Below, piece after piece: positions 1-9,980 of a DNA stretch of 64,000 nt; position 1 is the stretch's first letter; each line of letters starts with the position of its first letter. Origin of the DNA: an uncultured virus (IMG/VR IMGVR_UViG_3300020044_008989) (lineage: Duplodnaviria; Heunggongvirae; Uroviricota; Caudoviricetes); the IMG/VR virus record IMGVR_UViG_3300020044_008989, positions 64,001 to 128,000 of that record. One strand, 5' to 3'. The notes beneath the pieces were generated by a model that saw nothing but the letters and a program-made list of their open reading frames with translations, ran no database searches and had not been told where the DNA came from. The position numbers were made by a program, and so were the translations under genes.

Positions 1-474
1 ACTACCATCGAACCAGACCCATTTGACGACATTCCAGCCTCCCCCGTGGAAATTAACCCCGACAAACAAAAAGAAATCGCCGCCTTGAGCGGTTACGAAT
101 TAGCGCAAATTATTAAAGCCGCCGCTGATTATGTTGAGAAAAACAAGTGGGGGTTTTATTCAGATATTGAAGAAACCGTCAAATACTCCCTTGGTTACTT
201 ACTCAAGACCGTGGAAGTTGCTCATGAGGCTCATAAAAAAGCCATGGAGGATCATTACGAACGTCTTTATGCAACATTCAACGAGTGCGATAAAAAACAC
301 CATGACTTGACCACGAAAGTTAAAAGTTTGCCGCCAATTAAATTTCCCGAAGTTCCTTATGTGAATATCGAAGGGCTCCAACGACTGTTTGACATGGCCG
401 AAAAGCTCTCTACCTTATCGGATAACAAATGGGGCCGACTGTTGCAATTGGCCGAAGCTTTAAAGGAAAAATAA
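1..474 (+). CDS. hypothetical protein (probably 5'-truncated by the window edge)
   Basis: Frame is open from position 1; ORF track gives 46..474. Confidence 0.6.
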   Translation, partial: TTIEPDPFDDIPASPVEINPDKQKEIAALSGYELAQIIKAAADYVEKNKWGFYSDIEETVKYSLGYLLKTVEVAHEAHKKAMEDHYERLYATFNECDKKHHDLTTKVKSLPPIKFPEVPYVNIEGLQRLFDMAEKLSTLSDNKWGRLLQLAEALKEK

Positions 475-475
475 C

Positions 476-904
476 ATGGGCACCAACTACTACCTCCAAC
501 ACGGCGTTTGCGAATGCTGCAAAAAACCAGACTCCACTCGCCATATTGGCAAATCCAGCGGCGGCTGGTGTTTCTCTCTTCATGTTTACCCAGAAGAGGG
601 GATTAACACGTTAGACGATTGGAAGGTTTTATTCCGCGACCCTCAATCTCGGATTGTTGACGAGTATGGACAGCCTGAAATTATGCCTTCCATGTTAACA
701 ATCATTGAAAACAGATATTGGAAACCACGAGGCGATAAACCGCCGTACGCGATGGGAATTGGAGAAAATACTTGGGGAGATTTCCACCGAAAAAATCACT
801 CTTTTGACGGCCCAAATAATTTATTGCGCCACCAAATTTTAGAGGGTCATTGTATTGGCCACGGGGAAGGAACGTGGGATTACATTATTGGAGATTTTTC
901 TTGA
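476..904 (+). CDS. hypothetical phage protein (MGTNYY...HIGKSSGGW type)
   Basis: Starts 1 nt after the upstream stop; CxxC and HIGKSS motif seen in phage proteins. Confidence 0.7.
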   Translation: MGTNYYLQHGVCECCKKPDSTRHIGKSSGGWCFSLHVYPEEGINTLDDWKVLFRDPQSRIVDEYGQPEIMPSMLTIIENRYWKPRGDKPPYAMGIGENTWGDFHRKNHSFDGPNNLLRHQILEGHCIGHGEGTWDYIIGDFS

Positions 905-907
905 TAT

Positions 908-1099
908 ATGACGCGCCTAGAAGAACTAGAACAAAAACTCAGATTCATGCAAAAAGAAATCGAGTTTCTTAAGGGAAAAGAAAAACCAATACTCCAATAC
1001 AGCGACCTATCAAACTGCTGTTGCGACTATACGAATCACTGTCCCGTCCACGGCAGCACGCCAATATATGGCTACGATAGCTATATTGCTCAACCGTAA
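908..1099 (+). CDS. hypothetical protein
   Basis: Tightly packed ORF. Confidence 0.55.
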   Translation: MTRLEELEQKLRFMQKEIEFLKGKEKPILQYSDLSNCCCDYTNHCPVHGSTPIYGYDSYIAQP

Positions 1100-1103
1100 A
1101 TAT

Positions 1104-1916
1104 ATGATTAACAATCTCCAATCCATCCTAACACAGGATCATTTATGCACATCCGATCCTCTGTTTGTCGTCTATAGTAAGAAACCCATTGTTGTAAATG
1201 AAGCTTACGACTACGACGAAGTAGTTTATATGCGCGAGGATTACGAACTCGATTCAAAGGAGTTCGAGAAACTAGAAGAACAATATAACCTCGCATCTGA
1301 GGAGTTGTATAACCGCACAAGCGATTATAGCAATGATCCACTAATTAATAAGTTTCCCAGCGACCCATTTGATGAGGGCGAAACATTCGATCCTAATGAT
1401 TGGGATAGACTGTGCATAAAAATGATTGACTGTTTTGAACAGGCGTTCTTTATTCGGGAAAATGCCGAGAACTATATTCGCAATAACAGCCACAACTTGT
1501 CTGCCCCTTACATTTTTGCAGAGAGCGCTTACCGCAATCCAGAATGGCAACAAATTAGAGAACTATTAATTGCCGCCGCTAAAAAAGAAGAAAATATTTT
1601 CGGCAAATTGAAATTTGGTTTGAAATACGAGGATATTGTTGACGGAATGTGGGTGGTTTATTCAGAACTGCCAATCAGCAACTACGCTAATTCCTTAAAG
1701 CAAGTATGGAAAACAGAAAAAGGATGGCGCGAAAAAACTTTTGCCGTTCATTGGGAGGAAAAATACGATAGCGAAGACAATAATTGGTCTTGTGATTTTC
1801 AGCATATTTGGGATGAAAAATGTTACGCCCCAGTTGATTATGACGGGAAAAGTTCGCCCGTTGATTTCATGAATCAAGTTTTACCTCTAACAATTAAAGG
1901 GGAACAAGACGCTTGA
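1104..1916 (+). CDS. Ead/Ea22-like phage protein
   Basis: Motifs QDHLCTSDPLFVV and AENYIRNNSHNL..PYIFAESAYRNPEWQ; start moved to ATG 1104. Confidence 0.55.
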   Translation: MINNLQSILTQDHLCTSDPLFVVYSKKPIVVNEAYDYDEVVYMREDYELDSKEFEKLEEQYNLASEELYNRTSDYSNDPLINKFPSDPFDEGETFDPNDWDRLCIKMIDCFEQAFFIRENAENYIRNNSHNLSAPYIFAESAYRNPEWQQIRELLIAAAKKEENIFGKLKFGLKYEDIVDGMWVVYSELPISNYANSLKQVWKTEKGWREKTFAVHWEEKYDSEDNNWSCDFQHIWDEKCYAPVDYDGKSSPVDFMNQVLPLTIKGEQDA

Positions 1917-2213
1917 CAGTCTCCCAATTAACGATTAATCTTTAAAAGCCATTTGGCGCTTGAGAATATGATTCATCCAACTGATCCGTTTGTTACCTTG
2001 GACATTAAAATTCGCCCCACACAAAAAAGTTCGGGCGAATATCAATACTCCTTGGGTAATCCACCCCTCCCAGAGAGGAAATTCATTGAGGCCGTCTATT
2101 ACCAAGGCATTGACATTACAGAATTTATCAACTACCACTGCGACGAACTGTTTGAAAAATGGGAAGAACAAATCAACGATTGACAACCACAAATTCAACA
2201 TTACACTACCAAC

Positions 2214-2558
2214 ATGCAAACCCGCCCACCCGCCAACAAACCCGCTCTCGATAACCTCAAGTCCCAAGGATGGACTGTAAACGTCTCGCATTGGCGTCGT
2301 CCAAATAAGGGGATGTTTAAGGCGAAACTTGTCCGAGATAAAGACTATCGTGATAGCCTAGGTAATCTTGCTAATCCATCTTTTTATTGGAACAACGAAA
2401 TTTCCCATTTTGGAGGCGCTACCGAATTAAAACTAATTCGCGGCGAAGAAAAAATTGTTGTGCGCGCCGATTGTTACGCGAAAGATCGTTTCTGCCGCCG
2501 AACAGGAATTAAGTTTGCCCTTGATAAACTTGAAAAATTGTGTGGTATTAAAGCGTGA
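2214..2558 (+). CDS. hypothetical phage protein
   Basis: Leaderless start behind TTGACA(2180)..TACACT; C-terminal C..D.F.RR.G...AL motif. Confidence 0.65.
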   Translation: MQTRPPANKPALDNLKSQGWTVNVSHWRRPNKGMFKAKLVRDKDYRDSLGNLANPSFYWNNEISHFGGATELKLIRGEEKIVVRADCYAKDRFCRRTGIKFALDKLEKLCGIKA

Positions 2559-2682
2559 AAAAACTCTACCATCAACTAATGGCTAACTATCATTCGTTCA
2601 TGCTCGCTGGTAGTTATTCGCTAAATGACTTGCTTTATCACGGAGAGCGTGAAAATCACCATATAACCAAGGCTTACTTCTC

Positions 2683-3018
2683 ATGACTCAAGACCCCAAA
2701 ACCTCCAAAGGCAAATACATGTATATAGGCAAGGAACCCGCTAATCTCAAAGGCATGTTCTTTTTTAAACTCTCCGACCCATATAGGGAAGGCGACGAAT
2801 GGAAGTCAGGAGACACTGAAAAGCAGGTCTATATGATGGCTATGGACCGCCACTTGCAGCACGATAATCATCACAAGTACTTATCCACTACCAATTTCGG
2901 CGATCTTTCGGATTTGAATGATGTGACGATCTCAGAGAACGAGGGAGAAGCGGGCGGATTTTTATGGATGGGAAGCGTTCAAAAGTTTAAAGAAGATTTT
3001 AAGAAAGTAGGCAAATAA
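2683..3018 (+). CDS. hypothetical protein
   Basis: 111-aa ORF in the co-oriented block. Confidence 0.6.
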   Translation: MTQDPKTSKGKYMYIGKEPANLKGMFFFKLSDPYREGDEWKSGDTEKQVYMMAMDRHLQHDNHHKYLSTTNFGDLSDLNDVTISENEGEAGGFLWMGSVQKFKEDFKKVGK

Positions 3019-3386
3019 TGAACCCACCAACGGACCCACTAGAACTTCTAAAAGAAGCGTATCTCTTTATTGGTATGAGACACAAGGCTCTAAAACCATG
3101 GAGAAATGCCCTAGACCACTGGCAAAAAAGAGTGGAAACCGCTACAAACTGGAATCATTACGAAGAGGCAAAAAATTGGGGGAAAAAACAATGATTAAAT
3201 CCCAAACATTCTGTGATTTTTGCGGCGGAGAATTTCTGAGTACTTATTGGGATCATACGCCGTGCTCGGTTTCTTTAAAATTCGGTGGACCAGCACAAAG
3301 CTGGGAGTCCAAAGAAGCCGCTCATGTCTGCAAAGGTTGTCGAACAAAATTGCAAGAAATGTGGAAGGCGCTGATTAAAAAATAAC

Positions 3387-3656
3387 ATGATTAAACGCGG
3401 TGACTATTACGAAGATTGCGGGTATCATCCCCGCATCTGTATCTATGCTAGCAACACAGATATTCAGGGAGTTTCTCTGGTGGATGGAACGATTAGTGAT
3501 TGTTCGATTAGATATTGCCTCCCAAGAAAAATAACCCAAGAAGCCGCCATCAGAATCCGCACTTTCGGCCCTTATGGCAAAAAGAAAGACTATCTCAAAC
3601 AATTCTACGCTGGAGAATGGGGCGCTGGAAGAAAAATTTGGTGGCCCGAAAAATAA
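3387..3656 (+). CDS. hypothetical protein
   Basis: TAAC-ATG coupling to neighbours. Confidence 0.6.
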   Translation: MIKRGDYYEDCGYHPRICIYASNTDIQGVSLVDGTISDCSIRYCLPRKITQEAAIRIRTFGPYGKKKDYLKQFYAGEWGAGRKIWWPEK

Positions 3657-3657
3657 C

Positions 3658-3876
3658 ATGCAAGACTACGGCCTAACCCAATTTCTCACCAAAACCTCTT
3701 ATCGCGGCGAAAAAAATTTCCATAAAACGACAACAAACGCCATAACCCTGCCTAAATTAATTGAATCTTTCGAGAATCACTTAAGGGGTGCGGGGTTTGT
3801 TTTTGAGGGGCATCTTGATTTTGTAGATGATGATGGAGAGTTGGTGAGAAAAGGTGTTGACGACAATAAACTTTGA
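3658..3876 (+). CDS. hypothetical protein
   Basis: TAAC-ATG coupling; LRGAGFVFEGHLD motif. Confidence 0.6.
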   Translation: MQDYGLTQFLTKTSYRGEKNFHKTTTNAITLPKLIESFENHLRGAGFVFEGHLDFVDDDGELVRKGVDDNKL

Positions 3877-3891
3877 CATTAAATTAAAAAC

Positions 3892-4410
3892 ATGACTCCC
3901 GACAACCTAATCATTGAAGACTTCGATTTTTGCCAATATCCCATAACGAGAATCTACCCCTTGGGAGGTAAAACAGTAATCCAAATTGGTGAACCCTCTA
4001 CCGAATCGTCAAGAAAAGCTCTTGAGGATAAGCTTTTTGATTTGCAATGCGACTATGATTCTATGGAAAAGGAGCGCGATGAATTGTCGAATGAGCTTGA
4101 GTCTATCGGTGATTCTTCCAGCGTCAAAGCGGACAGAGAAGAGTTGCAACGGCTAGAGGATGCGTTTGACCAAATAGAGCAATCCATTAGTGATTTCGCT
4201 ACAGACGCCGACATTCGCCCTACTACAAACGAGGCAGATAACATTGACATGCTCCATGAAAAATACACAGAGCTAAAGAAAGAACTAGACGAGGCTGATG
4301 AAACTATTGGTGGAATGAGGATTGATAATAATGCACTGGCCTATACGATTTTCCGTCAAGAACAAACCATCGCCAAACTTGAAGAACTTTTGGCCGCGAA
4401 AGAAAAATAA
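3892..4410 (+). CDS. acidic coiled-coil protein
   Basis: Heptad-rich E/D/L sequence; own promoter TTGACG(3856)..TAAATT. Confidence 0.7.
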   Translation: MTPDNLIIEDFDFCQYPITRIYPLGGKTVIQIGEPSTESSRKALEDKLFDLQCDYDSMEKERDELSNELESIGDSSSVKADREELQRLEDAFDQIEQSISDFATDADIRPTTNEADNIDMLHEKYTELKKELDEADETIGGMRIDNNALAYTIFRQEQTIAKLEELLAAKEK

Positions 4411-4412
4411 TC

Positions 4413-4814
4413 ATGAGAGACTTATATACCGTAATCACTCAACTCCTTGAGGTAATCCCCACGGGAGAATCCGAACTAATCCGCAAGCTCCAAGGAGTTC
4501 AAACAAAGATTTTATATGCCGCCCCTGAAACTCACGGGTATCATTTCAGACTCACGGCCTCAATTTTAGAGCGTCATTCACTTGACAAAGACGAACATTG
4601 GTTAAAGTCACACAGTCAATCTTTAACGACGATCCCGCACTACTCTACGTCACTCTTCCTGCGTAAACTGTCCTGCCGACTCAATTATTGGATCAACAAA
4701 ATCATTTCGGCCTTTGGTTTGTGCCCGAAGTGTTTTAAGGGTTTGTCGGCCAACAAACATCAGCTTTTTTGCACGAATCCAGATTGCAAATTTAGAACGT
4801 CAAAGATTTTTTAA
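4413..4814 (+). CDS. hypothetical protein with C-terminal Zn ribbon
   Basis: CPKC...CTNPDC. Confidence 0.55.
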   Translation: MRDLYTVITQLLEVIPTGESELIRKLQGVQTKILYAAPETHGYHFRLTASILERHSLDKDEHWLKSHSQSLTTIPHYSTSLFLRKLSCRLNYWINKIISAFGLCPKCFKGLSANKHQLFCTNPDCKFRTSKIF

Positions 4815-4815
4815 T

Positions 4816-5001
4816 ATGGAAAAGTTTAAGTTTTTTATCGTTGGTTGGATAATTGGGGGTTTACTTGGCATTTTGCTTGGCCTTCTTTTTGTGGAAGGGG
4901 CTATGAGACACCAAGCCATCGCCAACAATGCCGCCGAATATCGGGTAAACAAAACCACGGGCGAAGTTAAATTCGTCTGGCTAACCGCTCCACCAAAATG
5001 A
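4816..5001 (+). CDS. small membrane protein
   Basis: Hydrophobic stretch FFIVGWIIGGLLGILLGLLFV. Confidence 0.6.
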   Translation: MEKFKFFIVGWIIGGLLGILLGLLFVEGAMRHQAIANNAAEYRVNKTTGEVKFVWLTAPPK

Positions 5002-5140
5002 CCGACTTTCTAACTCAACTAGACTCCCTTTGGCCCGCAACACATCAAGCTTTTGTGCTTGGGTTGTTGACGGGGTTATCAGTGGGAACATTAGTAATCG
5101 CCGCTCTTTTCTTGGGTGGGAAAATTAGATTTAATTAGTT

Positions 5141-5380
5141 ATGGCCAAACTCTCAGATAGACTCCGCCCTAATTCAGAAGCCGCGCCATGGGTTATCGAG
5201 GAGGTTAAGCGCATGGAGAATCTTTTGGATAGAGTTATTAAAGCGGGCGAACTAATTATAGAAACAATTAACTCTCATGAAATCGAGACGCTAGATTGTG
5301 ATAGACGCGGCGAAAAATATTGTAATTGTTTAGAACAAAGTCTTGCTTTGTGGGATAAGACCGTTAAATTCAGGAAATAA
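5141..5380 (+). CDS. hypothetical protein
   Basis: LRPNSEAAPWVIEEVKRME motif; packed ORF. Confidence 0.6.
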   Translation: MAKLSDRLRPNSEAAPWVIEEVKRMENLLDRVIKAGELIIETINSHEIETLDCDRRGEKYCNCLEQSLALWDKTVKFRK

Positions 5381-5381
5381 T

Positions 5382-5819
5382 ATGACAACGCGCATCTTTA
5401 GTAAGGTCAACAACCTATACACTAACTCCCCACTTTGGCCCTCTAATCAGCGGTCATTCTCGGATTGGGCAATTGCTTCATGCGGAAAAGTGGTAGAATT
5501 AATTTATTTCGGTGCTAGAAACGACGCGGTTGTTCAGATTCATGAGTCTAAAGACTTTATTGCGGAGCCTTGGACTGGTTATTTCGACGCAAGAGGCAAA
5601 AAAATCTATCGCGGCGACATTTTGGGGGCATTTAAGGGCATCCATGATGAAATTGACCCATCCTACGAAACAGAGGTTGTCTGGCATGAGGGAGGATTTT
5701 ATTGCAAGGATGAGCAAATGGTTCCCGACTCTTGGATGCCATTGGAAATGGAAAACAAGGTATGGAAGCGTCACTTCATTAAAACAACCATTCACGGTGT
5801 AGAATATTTCGATGTTTAG
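5382..5819 (+). CDS. YopX-family protein
   Basis: WTGYFDARGKKIYRGDIL and EVVWHEGGF match the YopX signature. Confidence 0.7.
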   Translation: MTTRIFSKVNNLYTNSPLWPSNQRSFSDWAIASCGKVVELIYFGARNDAVVQIHESKDFIAEPWTGYFDARGKKIYRGDILGAFKGIHDEIDPSYETEVVWHEGGFYCKDEQMVPDSWMPLEMENKVWKRHFIKTTIHGVEYFDV

Positions 5820-5967
5820 AATGATCTTTGGACTAATTGGGTGGGCGATTTTAAAAATTGTTGGGGAAATCTTATGGTTTTTATATGGCCGCGAGAAAAA
5901 AGTTGCTCTCCAGAATAGAGTGAGAAGGTCGGCGCGGAGACTTTGGAACAAGACTTGGTGTTTTTGA

Positions 5968-5993
5968 TTCTCAAACGCCGAAGGGCTTGTGAG
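5968..5993. repeat. dispersed hairpin repeat copy 1 (TTCTCARACGCCGAAGGGCTTSTGAG)
   Basis: Near-identical copies at 9366 and 58622; reversed variant at 9210. Confidence 0.8.
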
Positions 5994-6023
5994 TGTAAAA
6001 GATAGTAGCCCCCCTAAACTACT

Positions 6024-6209
6024 ATGGAAATCGTAAACTACATCCTCACAAACTCTGACACCCTTATCACCGCCGCTCTCGCAGTGGTAGGTGCCGCAAG
6101 TGCCGTTGCTGCTGTATTCGGCAAAAGCGATAACAAATACATCGAATATGCGCGGAAAATCGTCAATTTTTGCGCCCTGAATATTGCCAAGGCGAAAAAC
6201 AAGGAATAA
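6024..6209 (+). CDS. small holin-like membrane protein
   Basis: One TM segment, basic tail ending ALNIAKAKNKE, GTGTAA late motif at 5993, downstream terminator. Confidence 0.5.
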   Translation: MEIVNYILTNSDTLITAALAVVGAASAVAAVFGKSDNKYIEYARKIVNFCALNIAKAKNKE

Positions 6210-6225
6210 TTAATTCCCAATAATT

Positions 6226-6258
6226 AACCCGCGCTCCAAAAAGTGCGGGTTTTTTGTT
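6226..6258 (+). terminator. intrinsic terminator
   Basis: AACCCGCGCT-CCAAAA-AGTGCGGGTT followed by a T run. Confidence 0.75.
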
Positions 6259-6333
6259 GACAAATGTTTCGGGTAGTGTATTTTAACCCATGAAAGAAAC
6301 AGACGCCCAAGATAAATTAGCTAATATACAAAC

Positions 6334-6492
6334 ATGAGCCTAGAAAAAGCCATCCTTCATAAAAAAGAACGCCGCAAACAACATTTCGGCGCGAAGAGAT
6401 TTGATTATTCTTGTAAGAATCACGGATCATGTGCTTATTGCCGAGACAATCGCTTGTTCTCCTCAAAACGGAGAGAACCTTTGGAAGACTAG
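6334..6492 (+). CDS. small basic Cys/His protein (52 aa, not in ORF track)
   Basis: MSLEKAILHKKERRK...SCKNHGSCAYCRDNR. Confidence 0.55.
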   Translation: MSLEKAILHKKERRKQHFGAKRFDYSCKNHGSCAYCRDNRLFSSKRREPLED

Positions 6493-7118
6493 AGGTATCT
6501 ATTCATTGCCGCAATTAAATTGTCGGGTATATCAGCGAACGACCTAAACAGCTTAGGCGGGCAGTGGGCCATTAGTTTTCTGTTATAAGGGGACTTCCTG
6601 AACCAGCGTCTATTTTGCGAAATCCAATAGTGTCCAGCCAAATAGCAATTTGCTCTTAGGGCATATTTTTCTGGGTCAATCAAGTGAGAGTATTTCTTGC
6701 GTATTTCTGCTAAAGCTCGTCTCTCGCAATCACGCTCCAAACACATCGCGGCTTGAGCCAAGATTCGCGGTTCGCGGAAGTTTTTGCCCGCTAACCATTG
6801 GAAAAATTTTGCGTGGTTGTCTGAGATTTTAGTGTGCCAAACGCTGCGGTTATCCATTCTTTGGGCATGGTGGGATGCCTCATGGATTGCAATAGAGAAT
6901 GCGTGTTCCCAGCCTCTTCCCAAGGCAACGGCCAATTCCCCGCCGAAAGAGTCATAGTAGCCAGAACAGCGGCCACATTCGTTATTAACAGCCATCCCAG
7001 CAGATAGTCGGAGGGTTATGTTTTGTTTTTTTAGCCGCTTATCTAACTTATAAAAATATTCTTGAACCTCAGAAGGAAATTCGCGGAGTTGTTTTAGGGC
7101 GAGGGAGGACGCTTTCAC
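6489..7118 (-). CDS. putative zinc metallopeptidase (HExxH)
   Basis: IAIHEASHH plus downstream LERDCE; CTGTAA late-type motif 8 nt upstream. Confidence 0.6.
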   Translation of the reverse strand: MKASSLALKQLREFPSEVQEYFYKLDKRLKKQNITLRLSAGMAVNNECGRCSGYYDSFGGELAVALGRGWEHAFSIAIHEASHHAQRMDNRSVWHTKISDNHAKFFQWLAGKNFREPRILAQAAMCLERDCERRALAEIRKKYSHLIDPEKYALRANCYLAGHYWISQNRRWFRKSPYNRKLMAHCPPKLFRSFADIPDNLIAAMNRYL

Positions 7119-7196
7119 GTTAGTATTTACAGTTGAGAAACAAAAAATCTAGCGGTTTTTGTTGACAAGTTATTGTTTTTAGGGTAGAATGTCTGC

Positions 7197-7475
7197 ATGA
7201 CAATACTCCAAGGAACAAACTCCAATATCTTTTTTGCAGAAAATTTAGAACCAGTTGCAGAACTTGTTTTACTTTTATCCGACCCAGAGTATTATTTTGG
7301 GGAAACTGACGACAAAAAATCAGCTTTATTCAAAGCCAATAAAATCACCCAATCAAGGTTTGTTGCGACTCGCTCTCAATTAGAGGCGGTGAGGGAAGAT
7401 TTGTTGAAGCTAATTACCGAACTGGATAAGCTGGAAGAAAAGGTGAAAAATACAAAAACCGACAAAACAATTTGA
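7197..7475 (+). CDS. hypothetical protein
   Basis: Leaderless start after TTGACA(7162)..TAGAAT. Confidence 0.7.
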   Translation: MTILQGTNSNIFFAENLEPVAELVLLLSDPEYYFGETDDKKSALFKANKITQSRFVATRSQLEAVREDLLKLITELDKLEEKVKNTKTDKTI

Positions 7476-7505
7476 CAATTATTGCGCGGCGATTAAAGTA
7501 ACAAT

Positions 7506-7733
7506 ATGAGACTCTCCAAAGACGCCCAACGAATCATCGTTGCCTTATATTTGAGAAAAAGACGGGCAAGGCAATGGCTAAAAGAGATTAACAGCCCCTC
7601 TTTCCGTTACTCTGGACTTAAAAACGACCCCGTTGCTTGGGAAAGATATTGTAGTCATTGCTGTGGAGAAGAAAATTCTGCCCACAACTCCCTAGAAATC
7701 GCCAAACGCGCCGCTTACGAAATTTATGATTGA
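7506..7733 (+). CDS. hypothetical protein
   Basis: Own promoter TTGACA(7472). Confidence 0.6.
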   Translation: MRLSKDAQRIIVALYLRKRRARQWLKEINSPSFRYSGLKNDPVAWERYCSHCCGEENSAHNSLEIAKRAAYEIYD

Positions 7734-8048
7734 CACCCTATATCCAAACACCCCCGAACAAATTAGGCTCGCCCTGTTCTCATGTATCAACAAGAACTTC
7801 AAAACCAAGGCAGACAAGGAACTAAACGACTTCTTGCTTGACATTCTCAATGAATGCGAGAAAACTTTTAGCAACTACGAACTAGAAAAACTAAAAGCGG
7901 CCAACTAAAATGATCAAAATACTACAACCTTGTTTTGTGCGAATCTTTAGCGACGAAAGAAATCAATGGGTTGACTATTCTGCTGGCGAAGGAGAAATCT
8001 TCGCAGAAGGCGAAGGTGATTTTTCAGACTTATTCGAAGGGGAAGATT

Positions 8049-8273
8049 ATGAACATATTTAAACTTTTTCTGAAATTAATTAGCGGGTTGCTCGGGTTTG
8101 TCATTATTTGGGTAATTTGTTTGGCCCTTTCTCCAGTATTTATCATGGTTATTGGGGCTAAGTATGCCCAAGAATTTCTCGCCGCGAAAAAAGTTAAAAA
8201 AGAACTTGCGCCGCAAAAAACAATCTGGTATATTCCAGCAACAACAGACAACAACACTCACTCCGCCAATTAA
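8049..8273 (+). CDS. membrane protein
   Basis: Long hydrophobic segment; start moved to ATG 8049. Confidence 0.55.
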   Translation: MNIFKLFLKLISGLLGFVIIWVICLALSPVFIMVIGAKYAQEFLAAKKVKKELAPQKTIWYIPATTDNNTHSAN

Positions 8274-8387
8274 ATGAGCCTAACACTAATACGCATCCTA
8301 ATCATCCTAGCGGCGAGTGCCTTTATTTTGTTGCCATTTTTTTGCTTTTAATAGTTGACAAGTTTCGAACCTGACCTATAATAATAC

Positions 8388-8651
8388 ATGAAAATAATCG
8401 AAAACACCACCCCATCACGAAAAGACCTTCTTAATAAAACCTACTCATGCGAATTGAGTGGGTGGGAGATTGCCGCCGTTACTGTTCTGTGTAGCAAATT
8501 TGCGGCAGGTAGCCCAACAGGTAGCATGAGGGGGGATTGTGATACCGTAAGGTATGAGGGCGAAAAATTATTCCCGTTTCTGAAATTAGATGCTCTTTTC
8601 GACGGAGCACATTTCTCAAGTGATTCGAGAGAAAAAATTCTTGAAATTTAA
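8388..8651 (+). CDS. hypothetical protein
   Basis: TTGACA(8355)..TATAAT promoter, leaderless. Confidence 0.7.
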   Translation: MKIIENTTPSRKDLLNKTYSCELSGWEIAAVTVLCSKFAAGSPTGSMRGDCDTVRYEGEKLFPFLKLDALFDGAHFSSDSREKILEI

Positions 8652-8687
8652 TCTTGACAACGGCCAATTAAGAACTAACCTACTAAC

Positions 8688-8927
8688 ATGGAAAAACAAA
8701 AACGCGGCCCAAAAAGCCAAACACTAATCATGGTTCCCCTGTCAGAGCTTGTGGCCAAGCTCCCAGCGGGTTCAAACGTCAAAATCAGCCGAGTCTGGTT
8801 TCAGGAACTTCAAGAGACGCTTGGGTTGTCGCCGTTCTCGGAAAACGTAACAGCAGTTTCCGCCGCTTCAGAAGCGCCCGAACAAATTTCAGTAACAACC
8901 CTTGACTTGTCAGACGATCAGGAGTAA
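8688..8927 (+). CDS. hypothetical protein
   Basis: Own promoter at 8654. Confidence 0.65.
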   Translation: MEKQKRGPKSQTLIMVPLSELVAKLPAGSNVKISRVWFQELQETLGLSPFSENVTAVSAASEAPEQISVTTLDLSDDQE

Positions 8928-8951
8928 AGTAAACAACGAAAACAAACAAAC

Positions 8952-9206
8952 ATGCAAACACCAACAATCGAAGAACTAATCGCAAAAGCCAAAGCTCGTC
9001 AGTCTTTGGATAAAAGATGCTCAAATCGCGGAAGACCCCGATCTGGAATGAATCTTGCGGAGGCAAGCGTAGTTTCCACTATGCGCCAAAAAGGAGTTAA
9101 GTCTTTGATGACCATTCATTCTCTCCTGAAGGAACACTCCATGACCAAGTATGCTAACTACGGGACATTCCTTGCGGCATACAAGGAGCACAAGCTCCAC
9201 AGCTAA
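8952..9206 (+). CDS. small basic protein with AT-hook-like RGRPR
   Basis: NRGRPRS; basic composition. Confidence 0.6.
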   Translation: MQTPTIEELIAKAKARQSLDKRCSNRGRPRSGMNLAEASVVSTMRQKGVKSLMTIHSLLKEHSMTKYANYGTFLAAYKEHKLHS

Positions 9207-9627
9207 TCTTTCAGAAGGCATTCGCCGTCTGAGAAGCGCCCGTGCCTATTCGCGATAGGCAATCTCAAACCCAGAAATGGGTGGGTTGATTTGACTCTCG
9301 GTTAGATGGTTGCCCGCTTTCATGTGAAAGATTGGGACTTACAACCAAGAATCTAACGGCGCAAATTCTCAAACGCCGAAGGGCTTCTGAGATAGATAAT
9401 TTGTTGGAGATTCTAGGGTGCCAACCTAGATCACGGAAGGCCCGCCATTATAACAGGGCTGATAGCTTAAGCGGCGTGAAAAGCGCCAACATTACTTTCG
9501 GCTAGAAAATAAACGTTTCCCCTCCGCCGAATCGGGGAGCACAGCAAAACGTTTGACCCGCCAGCAAGATTCCTCCCGAATCTAAAGTCCTTGTAGCAGG
9601 GATTTTAATGCTGGCGGGTTTTTTCTT
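9207..9627 (+). ncRNA. candidate structured ncRNA(s), about 420 nt, ending in a terminator
   Basis: No ORF; many hairpins (TGCCTAT/ATAGGCA, ACCCA-GAAA-TGGGT, CCCGCCAGCA/TGCTGGCGGG plus T run). Confidence 0.6.
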
Positions 9628-9659
9628 GACAAATTATTGGCGGCGAGTATATTGGTTAT

Positions 9660-9863
9660 ATGATTCCATACCTTGAACCACGAAAATACAGAATAATCCA
9701 CAACTTCAACGAGTTTGTTTATTTTATTGAATATGTGAACTTTTATGGAGAATATGGATGGTATCTAACACTCGGGACACAAGATTTCCCGTTTTGGGAC
9801 AAAGGATTTGTTTCTGCGAATGATTGTCTCGAAGCGTTTAATCATCACTATTCCAACAAATGA
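9660..9863 (+). CDS. hypothetical protein
   Basis: Own promoter at 9626. Confidence 0.55.
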   Translation: MIPYLEPRKYRIIHNFNEFVYFIEYVNFYGEYGWYLTLGTQDFPFWDKGFVSANDCLEAFNHHYSNK

Positions 9864-9980
9864 ACCTTATCATCCACCTATTCGGTGCCCAGAAAAAGAT
9901 TTCGCGGGCATGGTTTTAAAGAATCCAGACTATTTTAACAAAAACGATTGACTGCGGCCCGAATTAATTTATATTAACTT

